DNA from: an uncultured delta proteobacterium
GTDB lineage: Bacteria; Myxococcota_A; Polyangia; Fen-1088
Length of the DNA stretch: 64,000 nt
Direction: 5' to 3'
NCBI GenBank assembly: GCA_963755125.1
Contig: CAVWIP010000001.1
Location: 32,001-96,000, forward strand
A model generated the notes under the pieces. That model did not search any database, had not been told where the DNA came from, and was given only the letters and a program-made list of their open reading frames with translations. How positions within the stretch are numbered: the first letter of the stretch is position 1; each line of letters begins with the position of its first letter. This document shows, piece after piece, positions 11,712 to 23,852 of the stretch. Made by a program: the position numbers and the translations under genes.

Positions 11712-12825
11712 AGAACGAACCTACCCATTTCTCAGCGACTTGCTCGACCCTTTTCATAAGGCGCGCCGCAGAACGCTGGGTCTGATCATCGCCGCCATCG
11801 CCGCCACTGGTCAGGCTCGCTCGTTCGCCATCGCCACGACTCTGGCCGGCTGGCTGCGGACCAGGCTGGACAGTGCGGTCAATCGCTTCTACCGGCTGCT
11901 GCGCAATGAGCACGTCGACTATCTTGAATTCGCCACGCGGTCGCTGGATTTGCTCGCCCGTCGCCCGGATCGGCATGTCCTGCTCGCTGTGGACTGGACC
12001 GAATGGCACCATGACTTGCGCCTCCTGGTCGCTGCCATGGTCACCGGCAAGCGGGCCATCCCCGTCTTCGTTCAAGGTTGGCGCAAGTTGATCCGAGATC
12101 GCTCGCAGAATACCCGGGAGAATACCTTCCTGCGCTTCCTGGCCGACGTCACCCGTCGGGCGGGTGTCACCGCGACGATTCTGTGCGACCGCGGATTTCG
12201 TCGCGCGAGTTGGCTGGCGTTGTTGCAGACGCTGCGCTTGGGCTTCGTCGTCCGTTTGATGGCCGATGTCTACGTCGAGCTTGAGCCTGGTGTACGTCGA
12301 CCATTGGAGGCCATTCTCCTGCAACCAGGGCAGGTGCTCGATCTCGGCGTGGTTCCGCTGCGTGCCGACGGTGTTGTCTCGGTTCGCATCATCGGATACT
12401 GGGCTCCTGGTGCTCATGAACCGTGGTGGGTCGCCACCAGCGAACCCGGTTCCGCCAAGCAGGTGCTGGCGCTCTATGACCGCCGCATGACCGTCGAGGA
12501 GCAATTCCGAGACACGAAAGGCCGACGTTTCGGCGCCAAGCTCTTTTGGACCCAGTTCCGCGACCCAGTGGCCCTGGCCCGCTTCGTTAGCCTTCTGGCC
12601 GTAGCCCTCTTGATCTGGACTCTGGTGGGCATCACCGCCGCGCTGATCGATCCCTCTTTGCGCCTGCGCTGCAAACGCAAAGGGCCTCGTCAGTCCTTCG
12701 TCACCATCGGCATCAGAGCCTTGGCGCTCGGCACATTCTCCGCGCGCTTCGACCGCCTCTCCGTGCCCCTGATTCTCGAACCACCCACCATGCGTCCTCT
12801 GCGTCTCCTGGAGGCGTCCAAATGA
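11704..12825 (+). CDS. IS4-family DDE transposase
   Basis: LAVDWT, ILCDRGF and the YREK signature YDRRMTVEEQFRDTK; GGAGG SD. Confidence 0.93.
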   Translation: MSPERTYPFLSDLLDPFHKARRRTLGLIIAAIAATGQARSFAIATTLAGWLRTRLDSAVNRFYRLLRNEHVDYLEFATRSLDLLARRPDRHVLLAVDWTEWHHDLRLLVAAMVTGKRAIPVFVQGWRKLIRDRSQNTRENTFLRFLADVTRRAGVTATILCDRGFRRASWLALLQTLRLGFVVRLMADVYVELEPGVRRPLEAILLQPGQVLDLGVVPLRADGVVSVRIIGYWAPGAHEPWWVATSEPGSAKQVLALYDRRMTVEEQFRDTKGRRFGAKLFWTQFRDPVALARFVSLLAVALLIWTLVGITAALIDPSLRLRCKRKGPRQSFVTIGIRALALGTFSARFDRLSVPLILEPPTMRPLRLLEASK

Positions 12826-12951
12826 CGTTATCCACAGGCATTTCGCGGAGTTCCCGCACCAATGCCGCACTTTTCGCCAAAGATCAACGGTCAGAGGCAA
12901 GCCGGTCTTTGCGCTTGATCGGTGCCGATCGCGTGCGTATATCCCCCGGTA

Positions 12952-14745
12952 ATGGCCGACCCCGTCAACACGCTCTTGCTTGAGATCGAAAACGAATGTG
13001 CGCGCCTCCCGGGCGTCGTGCTGGCCAAGGCCGCAGGGGGCGAGGCGCGTCTGGGCCGGCTCAGGGAGTTGCTGGGCCGGAATGCGCCCGCGGGTTACGC
13101 CGCGTTTGCCTTGCGTTACGATGGAGGTTGGCTTCCCGCGAGCCCGCCTCAGCTTGGGCAGGAGATGGGAGGAGAGAGGGAACTGCCGGGCGATCCCGGC
13201 CTGCGGCTGTTGTCTCTCGACGAGAGTCTGCTCCGGGCCCGCGATCCAGAACGCCCGGCGGAGCTCAAGGGACTCTGGCCGGTGGCAGAACGGGGTCCGC
13301 AGGTGTTCGCCCTGGACCTCGATGCGGCAGAAGAGGGCGAGTGCCCGGTCGTCGAGTTGGCAGGCCGCAGCGTCGACCGCGTCGGATCGAGTTTCCTGCG
13401 TTTCCTCTACGCCTGTCTGGGCGAGCTTTGGGCCGGCGAGGGCGCTGAGCCCGCAGTGGTGGCGCGCGAGCTCTGTCGGCGCGATCCAGGTCTTGCCGAG
13501 CATTGGGTCCGTCTGGTCAACCACCTGGAGGACCAAGGCAACAATATCGAGGTCGACAAGGCGCTGGCCGAGGCACTTGCTTGCGCGAGTCCACCCGGGC
13601 CTGCCTTGCTGACCGAGCTTGCATTGCGTGCGCTCGACCAAGGCGACAACCTGCGCGCGCTGGCGGCTCTGGATGATGCCATCGGGTCAGACCCGATGAC
13701 CGCGCGCGATGATGACGCGCGCTTGGACGCGGCGGCACTTTCAGTCGTGCTGGCGGCGGAGCGTGGTGACCAGGCAGGCGCGGCCCGGGCCAAAGACCTG
13801 CTGGGCGCTGCGGCGGCATCGACAGGCGCCTACTGGCGTGGTGAAGCCATGCGGGCCTACGCGGGTGGCGATCGGGTGCGGGCGGCCCTGGCCAGCAAGG
13901 TGGTGGAGGCGTTGGTCCCCGGTGACACGGACATCGCGCGCATGCGCGAATCCAGCGCCAATCTGGACACGGCGCTGCGGGCGCTCGCGGCCGCGCGCGA
14001 TTCGCTGGACCAAGGCGAGTCGGAGCAGGCTGTGCGACACGCGCGGGCTGCGGTCAACCAGCGGCCGGACCTGGCGATTTGCCATGCGGTTCTGGCCGAG
14101 GGTCTGAATGCGTGTCGCGACCGCGGCGCGCTGGATGCCGCCCGCCGCGCCAGTGAGATCAACCCAGCGTTGATCGACGGCTGGCGCGAGTTGGGAGACG
14201 CGCATCTGGAAGCGCGCCAGGCCATCCAGGCTGAAGAGGCATTTCGCGAGGCGATCAAGCGGGACGCCAGCTTCGCCACAGGCTTTGCCAAGCTGGCGCA
14301 GGCTCTGCTTGAACAGGGGCGAACCCGTGAAGCGCTCGATGCCATCCTAGGCGCCCAGGAACGCGGGGGCGATTCGTTTTTCGTGGCCGCGGTCAAGGGT
14401 GACATCCTGGCCGAGATGGAGCGCCATCACGAGGCAGCCGAAGCCTACGACCAAGCCATGCACATGGAACCCGAGGACCACTGGGTGCTGCACCAGGCGG
14501 CGCGGGAGCACAGCCGGGCGGGCCACGATGATCGGGCGGCCGAACTGTTCGAGCAGGCCCTGCGCTTCGACCGCGATGGCTGTCACCAGACTTTGATCGA
14601 CTACGGCGATCTTCTCCGCCGGGTCGGCCGCATCGGGGACGCCGTCCGCATGTATCGCAAGGCCGTGGCGGCCTGTCCCAACGACGTGGAATGGCGGCGT
14701 ACCTTGCGCGAGGCCGAGCGCGAATTGATGAGCGCGCCTAGCTAA
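12952..14745 (+). CDS. SMI1/KNR4(SUKH)-like N-terminal domain fused to TPR repeats
   Basis: N-terminus APAGYAAFALRYDGG...LWPVA...FALDL...CPVV...SSFLRFL. Multiple TPR units in the C-terminal half. Confidence 0.75.
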   Translation: MADPVNTLLLEIENECARLPGVVLAKAAGGEARLGRLRELLGRNAPAGYAAFALRYDGGWLPASPPQLGQEMGGERELPGDPGLRLLSLDESLLRARDPERPAELKGLWPVAERGPQVFALDLDAAEEGECPVVELAGRSVDRVGSSFLRFLYACLGELWAGEGAEPAVVARELCRRDPGLAEHWVRLVNHLEDQGNNIEVDKALAEALACASPPGPALLTELALRALDQGDNLRALAALDDAIGSDPMTARDDDARLDAAALSVVLAAERGDQAGAARAKDLLGAAAASTGAYWRGEAMRAYAGGDRVRAALASKVVEALVPGDTDIARMRESSANLDTALRALAAARDSLDQGESEQAVRHARAAVNQRPDLAICHAVLAEGLNACRDRGALDAARRASEINPALIDGWRELGDAHLEARQAIQAEEAFREAIKRDASFATGFAKLAQALLEQGRTREALDAILGAQERGGDSFFVAAVKGDILAEMERHHEAAEAYDQAMHMEPEDHWVLHQAAREHSRAGHDDRAAELFEQALRFDRDGCHQTLIDYGDLLRRVGRIGDAVRMYRKAVAACPNDVEWRRTLREAERELMSAPS

Positions 14746-14755
14746 AAGATCAGTC

Positions 14756-15502
14756 TTATCCGGCGGCCGCGGAACGGTCCAGGTACCAACCCAGCTTGCC
14801 GTCCTGCACGGGCCTGATGCCCACGACGGGATGCGCGTGCAGGTCGTCGGGCGCTCGCGCGGCAGCGAGTAGCGCCGCGTGCTTGCTGGCCCCGGTGACC
14901 AGCACGCCCAGGAAACGGGCGGCGCAGAGAATGGGATAGGTCAGGGTCATGCGCGGGCGGGGAGCCAGCACGCGCTCGCCGTCGTTGAAGCGCACCCAGC
15001 GCTGGTGCTCGTCGAGCGCCGACGAATACGGAAATAGGCTGGCGGTGTGGCCATCAGAACCCATGCCCAGCACGACGGCATCGAGACGGCCGCCGGCAAG
15101 AGCCCGGCACAGATCGTCCTGGTAGCGACGATCGCCGTCGGCTAGGTCGACCGGCATGGGATGAACCCCGGCAGAGGGAATGGGCACGTGGTCGACCAGC
15201 GCGGATCGGATCATGGCGAAGTTCAATCTGGGATCGCCATCAGGCACGCAGCGCTCGTCGACCAGCCACAGGTGCGTGTGCGCCCAGTCGTTCGCGGTGT
15301 AGCGCGCATCGGTTGCCAAGAGTTGGTAGAGTCCTTGTGGGCTGGCACCGCCCGAGAGAGCCAGATGCGCGGTGCCTGCCTCCCGAATTCGCTGTTGGAG
15401 CGAGCCGACGAGATCATCGGCCAACCGTCGCGCTACGGCTTCGGCCGAGGCCTCGACCACCAGCCTGCCGCGCAGCCCGCGAAGATCGTCCTGCGCGCTC
15501 AT
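14756..15502 (-). CDS. pgl: 6-phosphogluconolactonase
   Basis: LALSGG, DERCV, LGMGSDGHTASLFP, RMTLT motifs. ATG 15502 overlaps the zwf stop. Confidence 0.94.
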   Translation of the reverse strand: MSAQDDLRGLRGRLVVEASAEAVARRLADDLVGSLQQRIREAGTAHLALSGGASPQGLYQLLATDARYTANDWAHTHLWLVDERCVPDGDPRLNFAMIRSALVDHVPIPSAGVHPMPVDLADGDRRYQDDLCRALAGGRLDAVVLGMGSDGHTASLFPYSSALDEHQRWVRFNDGERVLAPRPRMTLTYPILCAARFLGVLVTGASKHAALLAAARAPDDLHAHPVVGIRPVQDGKLGWYLDRSAAAG

Positions 15503-17064
15503 GGCGGCCAGTCGAAATCGGGCGGGGCCGCCGGCTCGGTACGCGACACCGTGGTCTCCGGGTTGCGCCACGGCCCGTGCGGCGTGATCAACTCGTCGGC
15601 CGCCGCAGGTCCCCAGCTTCCCGCCGGATAGGTGACAAGACCCTCGCCCGGATGGTTGCGCCAGTGGTCGAGCACCGGCATGACAATCCGCCACGCGGCC
15701 TCAATCTCATGGCGATCCTTGTAGTGCGACTGGTTGCCGCGGATCGCTTCCAGCAAGAGTGTCGCGTAGGCCTCGAACGGCTCGGCACTGAACTGCTGGC
15801 GATAATCGAAGTCGAGCACGGCCGACTGGATGTGCAGGCCCAGGCCGGGAACCTTGCCTTCGAAGCGCAGGCTGATGCCTTCGTCGGGCTGTACATTGAC
15901 GACCAGGCGGTTGGGGCTCGGCCGGATCTCGGCGCCGTCGACGTTGCGGAACAGGTGGGGCGCGGGCTTGAAGTTGATGACGAACTGGGTGAGCTTGCGC
16001 CGCATGCGCTTGCCCGTACGCAGGAAAAAGGGCACGCCCTCCCAGCGCCAGTTGTCGATGAACAGCTTGAGTGCGGCGAAGGTGTCGCACGAACTGTCGG
16101 CCGGCACGCCCGGCTCCTCGCGATAGCCGGGCACGACCGCGCCGTCGACGGCGGCGCGGTCGTACTGGGCACGCACAGCGAAACGGGGCACATCTTCCGG
16201 GGCAATCGGTCGCACCGCTTCCAGCACATGGCGCTGCTCGCTGCGCAGGTCAGACGCGCGGAACGAGTTGGGTGGCTCCATGGCGACCACTGCCATCAGC
16301 TGCAAGAGGTGACTCTGGATCATGTCACGCATGGCCCCGGCGGAATCGTAGTAGGCCGCGCGGCTGCCCACGCCCACGGTCTCGGCTGCCGTGATCTGAA
16401 CGTGATCGATGTACATCCGGTTCCACAGCGGCTCGAACAGCAGGTTGGCGAAGCGGAAGACCAGCAGGTTCTGCACCGTCTCCTTGCCCAGGTAATGGTC
16501 GATGCGGAACACATCTTCGTCGTCGAATACACGGCCCAGCACGCGGTTCAGGTGCTCCGCGCTCTGCAGATCGCGGCCAAAAGGCTTCTCGACGATGATT
16601 CGCTGCCGGGCCGCCGGGTTGGTCTCGGCCGAGCACCAGCGCCGGATGCCCTTGTTCAGCCCGGCGGCCCCGATATTCTGAATGATACGTTGGTACAGCT
16701 CCGGTGCGACGGAGAGGTAGAACAGGGTCTCGCCGCCGGTGCCGTGAACCGTCTGCAACTGACAAAGAACCCCGGTGATGCGCGGCCATTCCTCGGCGTG
16801 CGTGGCATCGGCCGCCAGGTAGTGCAGGCGTCCGGCAAAGTCGCGCCAGAGTCCTTCGTCGAAACCGTGCCGTTCCTGGCATGTGCCTTTCATGCGCTCG
16901 CGAAACTGGTCGTCGGTAAGTGGCGTGCGGCTGATGCCGAGTACGCCCACGTGCGAGGACAGCAGCCCCGCGACGTGCAACTCGAACAATCCCGGGATGA
17001 GCTTGCGCCGTGCCAGATCGCCCGAGGCACCGAAGATGACCAACAGACACTGTCGCTCGTCCAT
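15499..17064 (-). CDS. zwf: Glucose-6-phosphate 1-dehydrogenase
   Basis: FGASGDLARRKL, EKPFG, RIDHYLGKE motifs. Start could be 17064, 17079 or 17091. Confidence 0.97.
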   Translation of the reverse strand: MDERQCLLVIFGASGDLARRKLIPGLFELHVAGLLSSHVGVLGISRTPLTDDQFRERMKGTCQERHGFDEGLWRDFAGRLHYLAADATHAEEWPRITGVLCQLQTVHGTGGETLFYLSVAPELYQRIIQNIGAAGLNKGIRRWCSAETNPAARQRIIVEKPFGRDLQSAEHLNRVLGRVFDDEDVFRIDHYLGKETVQNLLVFRFANLLFEPLWNRMYIDHVQITAAETVGVGSRAAYYDSAGAMRDMIQSHLLQLMAVVAMEPPNSFRASDLRSEQRHVLEAVRPIAPEDVPRFAVRAQYDRAAVDGAVVPGYREEPGVPADSSCDTFAALKLFIDNWRWEGVPFFLRTGKRMRRKLTQFVINFKPAPHLFRNVDGAEIRPSPNRLVVNVQPDEGISLRFEGKVPGLGLHIQSAVLDFDYRQQFSAEPFEAYATLLLEAIRGNQSHYKDRHEIEAAWRIVMPVLDHWRNHPGEGLVTYPAGSWGPAAADELITPHGPWRNPETTVSRTEPAAPPDFDWPP

Positions 17065-17124
17065 GGCAGCGCCAAGCATAGCGTCTCCCATCCCCGCGGG
17101 CGAGAGGCAACCGTAAACGGTGAT

Positions 17125-18531
17125 CTACACCCGGATCTTCTCGTCCGGTCCGGGCGCGTGCACCGTGGAGAATCCGCGTTCGGTCAACTTGGCGATCAAC
17201 GCCGTCTGGGCCGGGGGCTCGCCGTGGACCAGCAGCACCTGTCGCAGCTTGCCCTGGCTGCGCACGCCCTCGGCAAACTCGATGAGATCCTTCTGGTCGG
17301 CGTGCGCAGAAAAGCCATTGAGCACAACCACCTCGGCGGCCAGGCGTCGCATGACCCCGAAGACCTTCACCTCGCGCTGGCGCTCGACGATGCGGCGGCC
17401 GAGCGTGCTCTGCGCTTGATAGCCGACGATGAGAATGGTGTTGCGCGCATCCTCGATGCCCTCGCGCAGGTGGTGCAGGATGCGGCCCGCTTCGCACATG
17501 CCGCTGGCCGAGATCACGATGTACGGCCCGGCGCTGGCGGCCAGGGCTTTCGATTCTTCCTTGTCGGACACGTAGTGCAGGCCCTCGAAGTCGAAGGGCG
17601 AATCGCCGCTCACCAGCAAAGCGTAGGTATCCTTGTCGTAGCACTCGGGGTGCATCTTGAAGACGTCGGTGAGCTTCACGGTAAGCGGCGAGTCCACGTA
17701 CACGGGCATGGCCGGCACCTGATTGGCTTTGCGCAGGCGCTTCAGGGCGTAGACGACTTCTTGCGCCCGCTCGAGGGCGAAGGACGGGATGATGATCTTG
17801 CCCCCGCGCTTGGCGGTGCGGTTGATCGCTGCGGCCAGGGCACCGTCGACCTCCTCGATGGGCGAGTGCAGGCGGTCGCCGTAGGTGCTCTCCATGATGA
17901 GACAGTTGATCCCGCCTGGAATTTCCGGCTCGCGCAGGATGGGCAGGCCCTTGCGGCCTAGATCCACCGCGAAGGCGATGCGCGTACCGTCCTCCTCGAT
18001 GTCAAGGACCACGACCGCGCTGCCCAGCACGTGGCCGGCGTCCAAGAATTTGAGCACCACCCCGGGCGCGATCTCCTGGCCGCGCCGGTATGGCAGAGCC
18101 ACCATCTGGCCCAGAAGGGCAGTGACGTCGTCGTGATTGTAGAGCGGTACCGCCGGCTCCATGTCGAGATGTTCGCGCTCGATCAGTTTCTGGATGTGGC
18201 GGGCATCGGCTTCCTGAATCATGGCTGCGTCGAGCAGCATGGGCCCACACAGGTCACGCGTGGCCGGCGTGGCGTAGATGGGCCCGCGGTAGCCCCGCTT
18301 GGCGAGCAAGGGCAAGGCGCCCGCATGGTCGATGTGGGCGTGGGAGAGCACGACAGCGTCCAGATCGTCGATAGGGACGTGATGGGCAATGGATCGGTTC
18401 TGTTCGGCGGATTCCTTGCGGCGGCCCTGGTACAGCCCGCAGTCGAGCAGGATGGTCGCCCGCGAGGTTCGCACCACGTGCTTTGAGCCCGTCACCTGGC
18501 GGGCGGCCCCGACGCATTGGATCTCGATCAA
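17125..18531 (-). CDS. MBL-fold beta-CASP ribonuclease (YSH1-like)
   Basis: GAARQVTGS, SHAHIDH, AGHVLGS, MESTYG, FSAHAD, VHGE motifs. Probable TTG start overlaps the upstream stop (TTGA). Confidence 0.92.
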   Translation of the reverse strand: MIEIQCVGAARQVTGSKHVVRTSRATILLDCGLYQGRRKESAEQNRSIAHHVPIDDLDAVVLSHAHIDHAGALPLLAKRGYRGPIYATPATRDLCGPMLLDAAMIQEADARHIQKLIEREHLDMEPAVPLYNHDDVTALLGQMVALPYRRGQEIAPGVVLKFLDAGHVLGSAVVVLDIEEDGTRIAFAVDLGRKGLPILREPEIPGGINCLIMESTYGDRLHSPIEEVDGALAAAINRTAKRGGKIIIPSFALERAQEVVYALKRLRKANQVPAMPVYVDSPLTVKLTDVFKMHPECYDKDTYALLVSGDSPFDFEGLHYVSDKEESKALAASAGPYIVISASGMCEAGRILHHLREGIEDARNTILIVGYQAQSTLGRRIVERQREVKVFGVMRRLAAEVVVLNGFSAHADQKDLIEFAEGVRSQGKLRQVLLVHGEPPAQTALIAKLTERGFSTVHAPGPDEKIRV

Positions 18532-19334
18532 TCGCCACTCCTTTGATACAGCCAAGTGCTTGCGTTACGAGAGGTGAGCGATCGCGCGAACGCGGGCGCT
18601 TGCGGTTCAGAGGCCAGGCCTTCGGTGAGCAGCCGGAGCGCGGTCTGCGGATCGTCGGCGAAGCGGAAGAGATCCAGATCGCTCTGGTTGATCATCCCGT
18701 AGCGGACCAAGGCATCGAAGTTGATGATCTCCTTCCAGTAGCTCTCGCCGAACAGGAGAACCATGATCCGGCGGTCCAGCTTGTGGGTTTGCGCCAGGGT
18801 CAGAATCTCGGACATCTCGTCCAGCGTGCCGAAGCCCCCGGGAAACACGGCAATGGCGCGCGCCATGTGGGCAAACCAAAGCTTGCGCATGAAGAAGTAG
18901 CGGAACTCGAAGGACAACTCGGGTGTCACGTAGGGGTTGGTGTGCTGTTCCTCGGGCAAACTGATGTTGAAGCCGACCGTGCGACCGCCCGCCTCGACCG
19001 CACCGCGGTTGGCGGCCTCCATGATGCCGCCGCCGCCGCCCGAGCACACCACCAAGCGTCCCCCGCCGGCGGGCTGGCTGGCGGACCAGGAGGTCAGCAG
19101 GCGCGCCAGGGTGCGGGCGTCTTCGTAGTAGCGGCCGAGCGGCCCCTTGGGGTCGAGCCGGGCCGAGCCGAAGAAGACGATGGTGCCGCCAATCCCCTGG
19201 CGCGCAAAGCGTTGCATGGGTTCGAGGTACTCGGCCAGGATGCGCAGGGGGCGCGCGTCGTCGGAGGCGATGAACTCCTCGTTCTTGTAGGCAAGGGGGT
19301 TGTGGGCCGTGGGGGGCGGTGAGGGTTCCTTCAT
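18528..19334 (-). CDS. LOG-family nucleotide monophosphate phosphoribohydrolase-like protein
   Basis: FFGSAR, GGGGGIMEAANRGA, YFFMRK, PGGFGTLDE motifs; GGAG SD before ATG 19334. Confidence 0.9.
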   Translation of the reverse strand: MKEPSPPPTAHNPLAYKNEEFIASDDARPLRILAEYLEPMQRFARQGIGGTIVFFGSARLDPKGPLGRYYEDARTLARLLTSWSASQPAGGGRLVVCSGGGGGIMEAANRGAVEAGGRTVGFNISLPEEQHTNPYVTPELSFEFRYFFMRKLWFAHMARAIAVFPGGFGTLDEMSEILTLAQTHKLDRRIMVLLFGESYWKEIINFDALVRYGMINQSDLDLFRFADDPQTALRLLTEGLASEPQAPAFARSLTSRNASTWLYQRSGD

Positions 19335-19350
19335 GAGTCTCTCCGTATCA

Positions 19351-19680
19351 TCAAAAGAGATATCGGTCGACCAGCCACGCAACTAATGTTCCCGTCGCCG
19401 TACCGATGGCGTCCAAGGTCAGGTCGCGTCAGGACAAACCTCTGCCTTCGTACTGGTCGTACAACTCCTTGCCAATTCCTGCCGACAGCGCGATGCCGGC
19501 GCCCGACAGCGCCCGGACGCTGGCACGCTTGGAGAAGGCCGTCGTGTCAGCGTAGCCATTGCCGGCGAGGACGAAGCTGACGCTCAAGTGCATGATTTTG
19601 TCGCGGCCGAACCAGGGGTCAGGCTCGCCCGCGAGGAAGGCCGTCAGCCCGAGCGCGACGGCCAGCGACACACGAAACAT
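19351..19680 (-). pseudogene. YfiM/DUF2279-like small membrane protein with in-frame TGA
   Basis: DPWFGRDKIMH...GIGKELYD...GLS*RDLTLDAIGTATG...YLF*. Stop at 19429-19431 falls where the family pattern SWxDL has Trp. Confidence 0.7.
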
Positions 19681-19869
19681 CGCGCCGCCGCCTATGGGGA
19701 AAGCGCACGACAACGGGGACTGGCAAAGTCGGGCCATCAGGGAGGCAAGCGCACGGCTTGGCACGCCGGAACCCATCATAGCGGTCTGCCGGAAAAGTAC
19801 ACCGTTCCCTTCGGTTAATTGACCCTCCCTTGTCCCCGTGTTATCGAAGGAAGACTGCTTGGGTACTCG

Positions 19870-21024
19870 ATGGGCAAGCGCATACTCGTCGCCGACGACA
19901 GCCTGACGATCCAAAAGGCATTCGCTATGGTTCTGGGCGGCCAGGACTACACTCTTTTGACCGCCCGATCCGTCGACGAGGCGCTGGTTGCTGCCAAGGG
20001 GGGACGGCCAGACCTCATCATCGCGGACGCGGTGCTGGGCAACGGTAGTGGCTACGACCTGTGTACCTCCCTAAAGGCCGATCCCGTCCTGCGCGGCGTG
20101 CCCGTGCATATTCTGGCTTCCAACCAGAACCCCTTCGACGAGGCGCGCGCCCGTCGCGCTGGCGCCGATGGTCATCTGCTCAAGCCCTTCGACAGCCAGA
20201 CGTTGCTCGACAGCGTGAGCGCGGCTTTGCTGGCTCCAGTCAGGCCCGCGCCGGTTACCGAGGCGCCCACTCGCCCCGCGCCTGCCTCGCCGTGGCCGCC
20301 GGTGGAGCGGGGCAACGTCGTGGAAGAGGTTCTCGCCCCGGAAGAGGACGAGAGCTACGGAGAGTTCACCATCGAGCGTGGCTCCGCGCCGGGCCCGGCC
20401 GCGTGGGCGGCTCGGCCCCCGAGTTGGTCAGGGGCACGGCCAGCGCCTGCCGCTTCGGCGCCGTCCAGCGCGGTACCCGCGAGCCGGCCCTCGTTGATTC
20501 CCGGTGTGTCACCGCCGGCCCCTGCCCCGCGGCCCGCGCCTCCTCTTCCCGGTGCGGCGCCCGTGCATGCGCCGGCAAGCCCCCAGCGCTCCGGCCCTCG
20601 CCCAACCATCATGGGCTTTCCGAGCGTCCCCGTCCCTGCTCAAGCCCCTGCAGCCCCGGCCGCTCCTCCGGCGGCAGCGCGGCCGCCAGCGCCCCGGCCG
20701 AGCGTCCCTCCGCCTGCTGTGCCTCGGGCCGCACCGCCTGTTCCGCTCGCGCCGCCTGCGCCGCCGCAAGCCGTCGCAACTCCGCAAGCACCAGTTCGGC
20801 GATCGGCAAGCATGGCCGCGGCCGCGCCGGCACCGATGGTGGCAGCCGTGTCCTCGGCCATCGATCAGAAGGTCGCGGCCATCGCGGCCCGCGGTCGCGA
20901 GTACGAGGCGATCGCCAAGCTTTCGCGCGAGATCATCGAGCAGGTGGTATGGGAAGTCGTACCCGAATTAGCCGAGGTGATCATCAAGCAGGAAGTCGAT
21001 CGCCTCGCCGCTGGCAAGCGGTAG
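19870..21024 (+). CDS. romR: RomR-like polarity response regulator (receiver, Pro-rich linker, conserved C-terminal helix)
   Basis: C-terminus SREIIEQVVWEVVPELAEVIIKQEVDRL matches the RomR WEVVP motif; lies upstream of valS as in Myxococcus. Confidence 0.85.
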   Translation: MGKRILVADDSLTIQKAFAMVLGGQDYTLLTARSVDEALVAAKGGRPDLIIADAVLGNGSGYDLCTSLKADPVLRGVPVHILASNQNPFDEARARRAGADGHLLKPFDSQTLLDSVSAALLAPVRPAPVTEAPTRPAPASPWPPVERGNVVEEVLAPEEDESYGEFTIERGSAPGPAAWAARPPSWSGARPAPAASAPSSAVPASRPSLIPGVSPPAPAPRPAPPLPGAAPVHAPASPQRSGPRPTIMGFPSVPVPAQAPAAPAAPPAAARPPAPRPSVPPPAVPRAAPPVPLAPPAPPQAVATPQAPVRRSASMAAAAPAPMVAAVSSAIDQKVAAIAARGREYEAIAKLSREIIEQVVWEVVPELAEVIIKQEVDRLAAGKR

Positions 21025-21158
21025 GCGGGCCCCCGGACGCCGACGGCCGGAAACGGGCCGGAAACGGAACCGGCCACCGCAGGCGTCCACCGGAAACCAG
21101 CTAGGAATTTTCGGTGGGCGGTACTACTCTCTGTCCCTTCTATCCTAAGTAGCACCCC

Positions 21159-23849
<2,691 letters not shown>

Positions 23850-23852
23850 ATC

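Larger units (their letters stand above)
11567..12894 (+). mobile_element. IS4-family insertion sequence (IS10/IS50-like), 1328 bp
   Basis: Terminal inverted repeats CTGACCGCCTATC / CTGACCGTTGATC (10/13). Perfect 9-bp flanking direct repeat AGGCAAGCC at 11558-11566 and 12895-12903. Single transposase gene. Confidence 0.93.

Noticed and set aside
11683..13641. 652-aa minus-strand ORF across the IS
   Set aside because: Crosses the IS boundary into the TPR gene, so it cannot predate the insertion; antisense to two real genes.
15313..17961. 882-aa + strand ORF
   Set aside because: Antisense shadow of zwf and the beta-CASP gene, caused by high-GC codon bias; no motifs.
19429..19431. Selenocysteine or alternative genetic code
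   Set aside because: The position corresponds to Trp rather than Cys, and TGA terminates many conserved genes in this window.
21045..21098. CCGGAAACGG short direct repeats between romR and valS
   Set aside because: Too short and too few to separate from chance or simple slippage; no T-box features seen.
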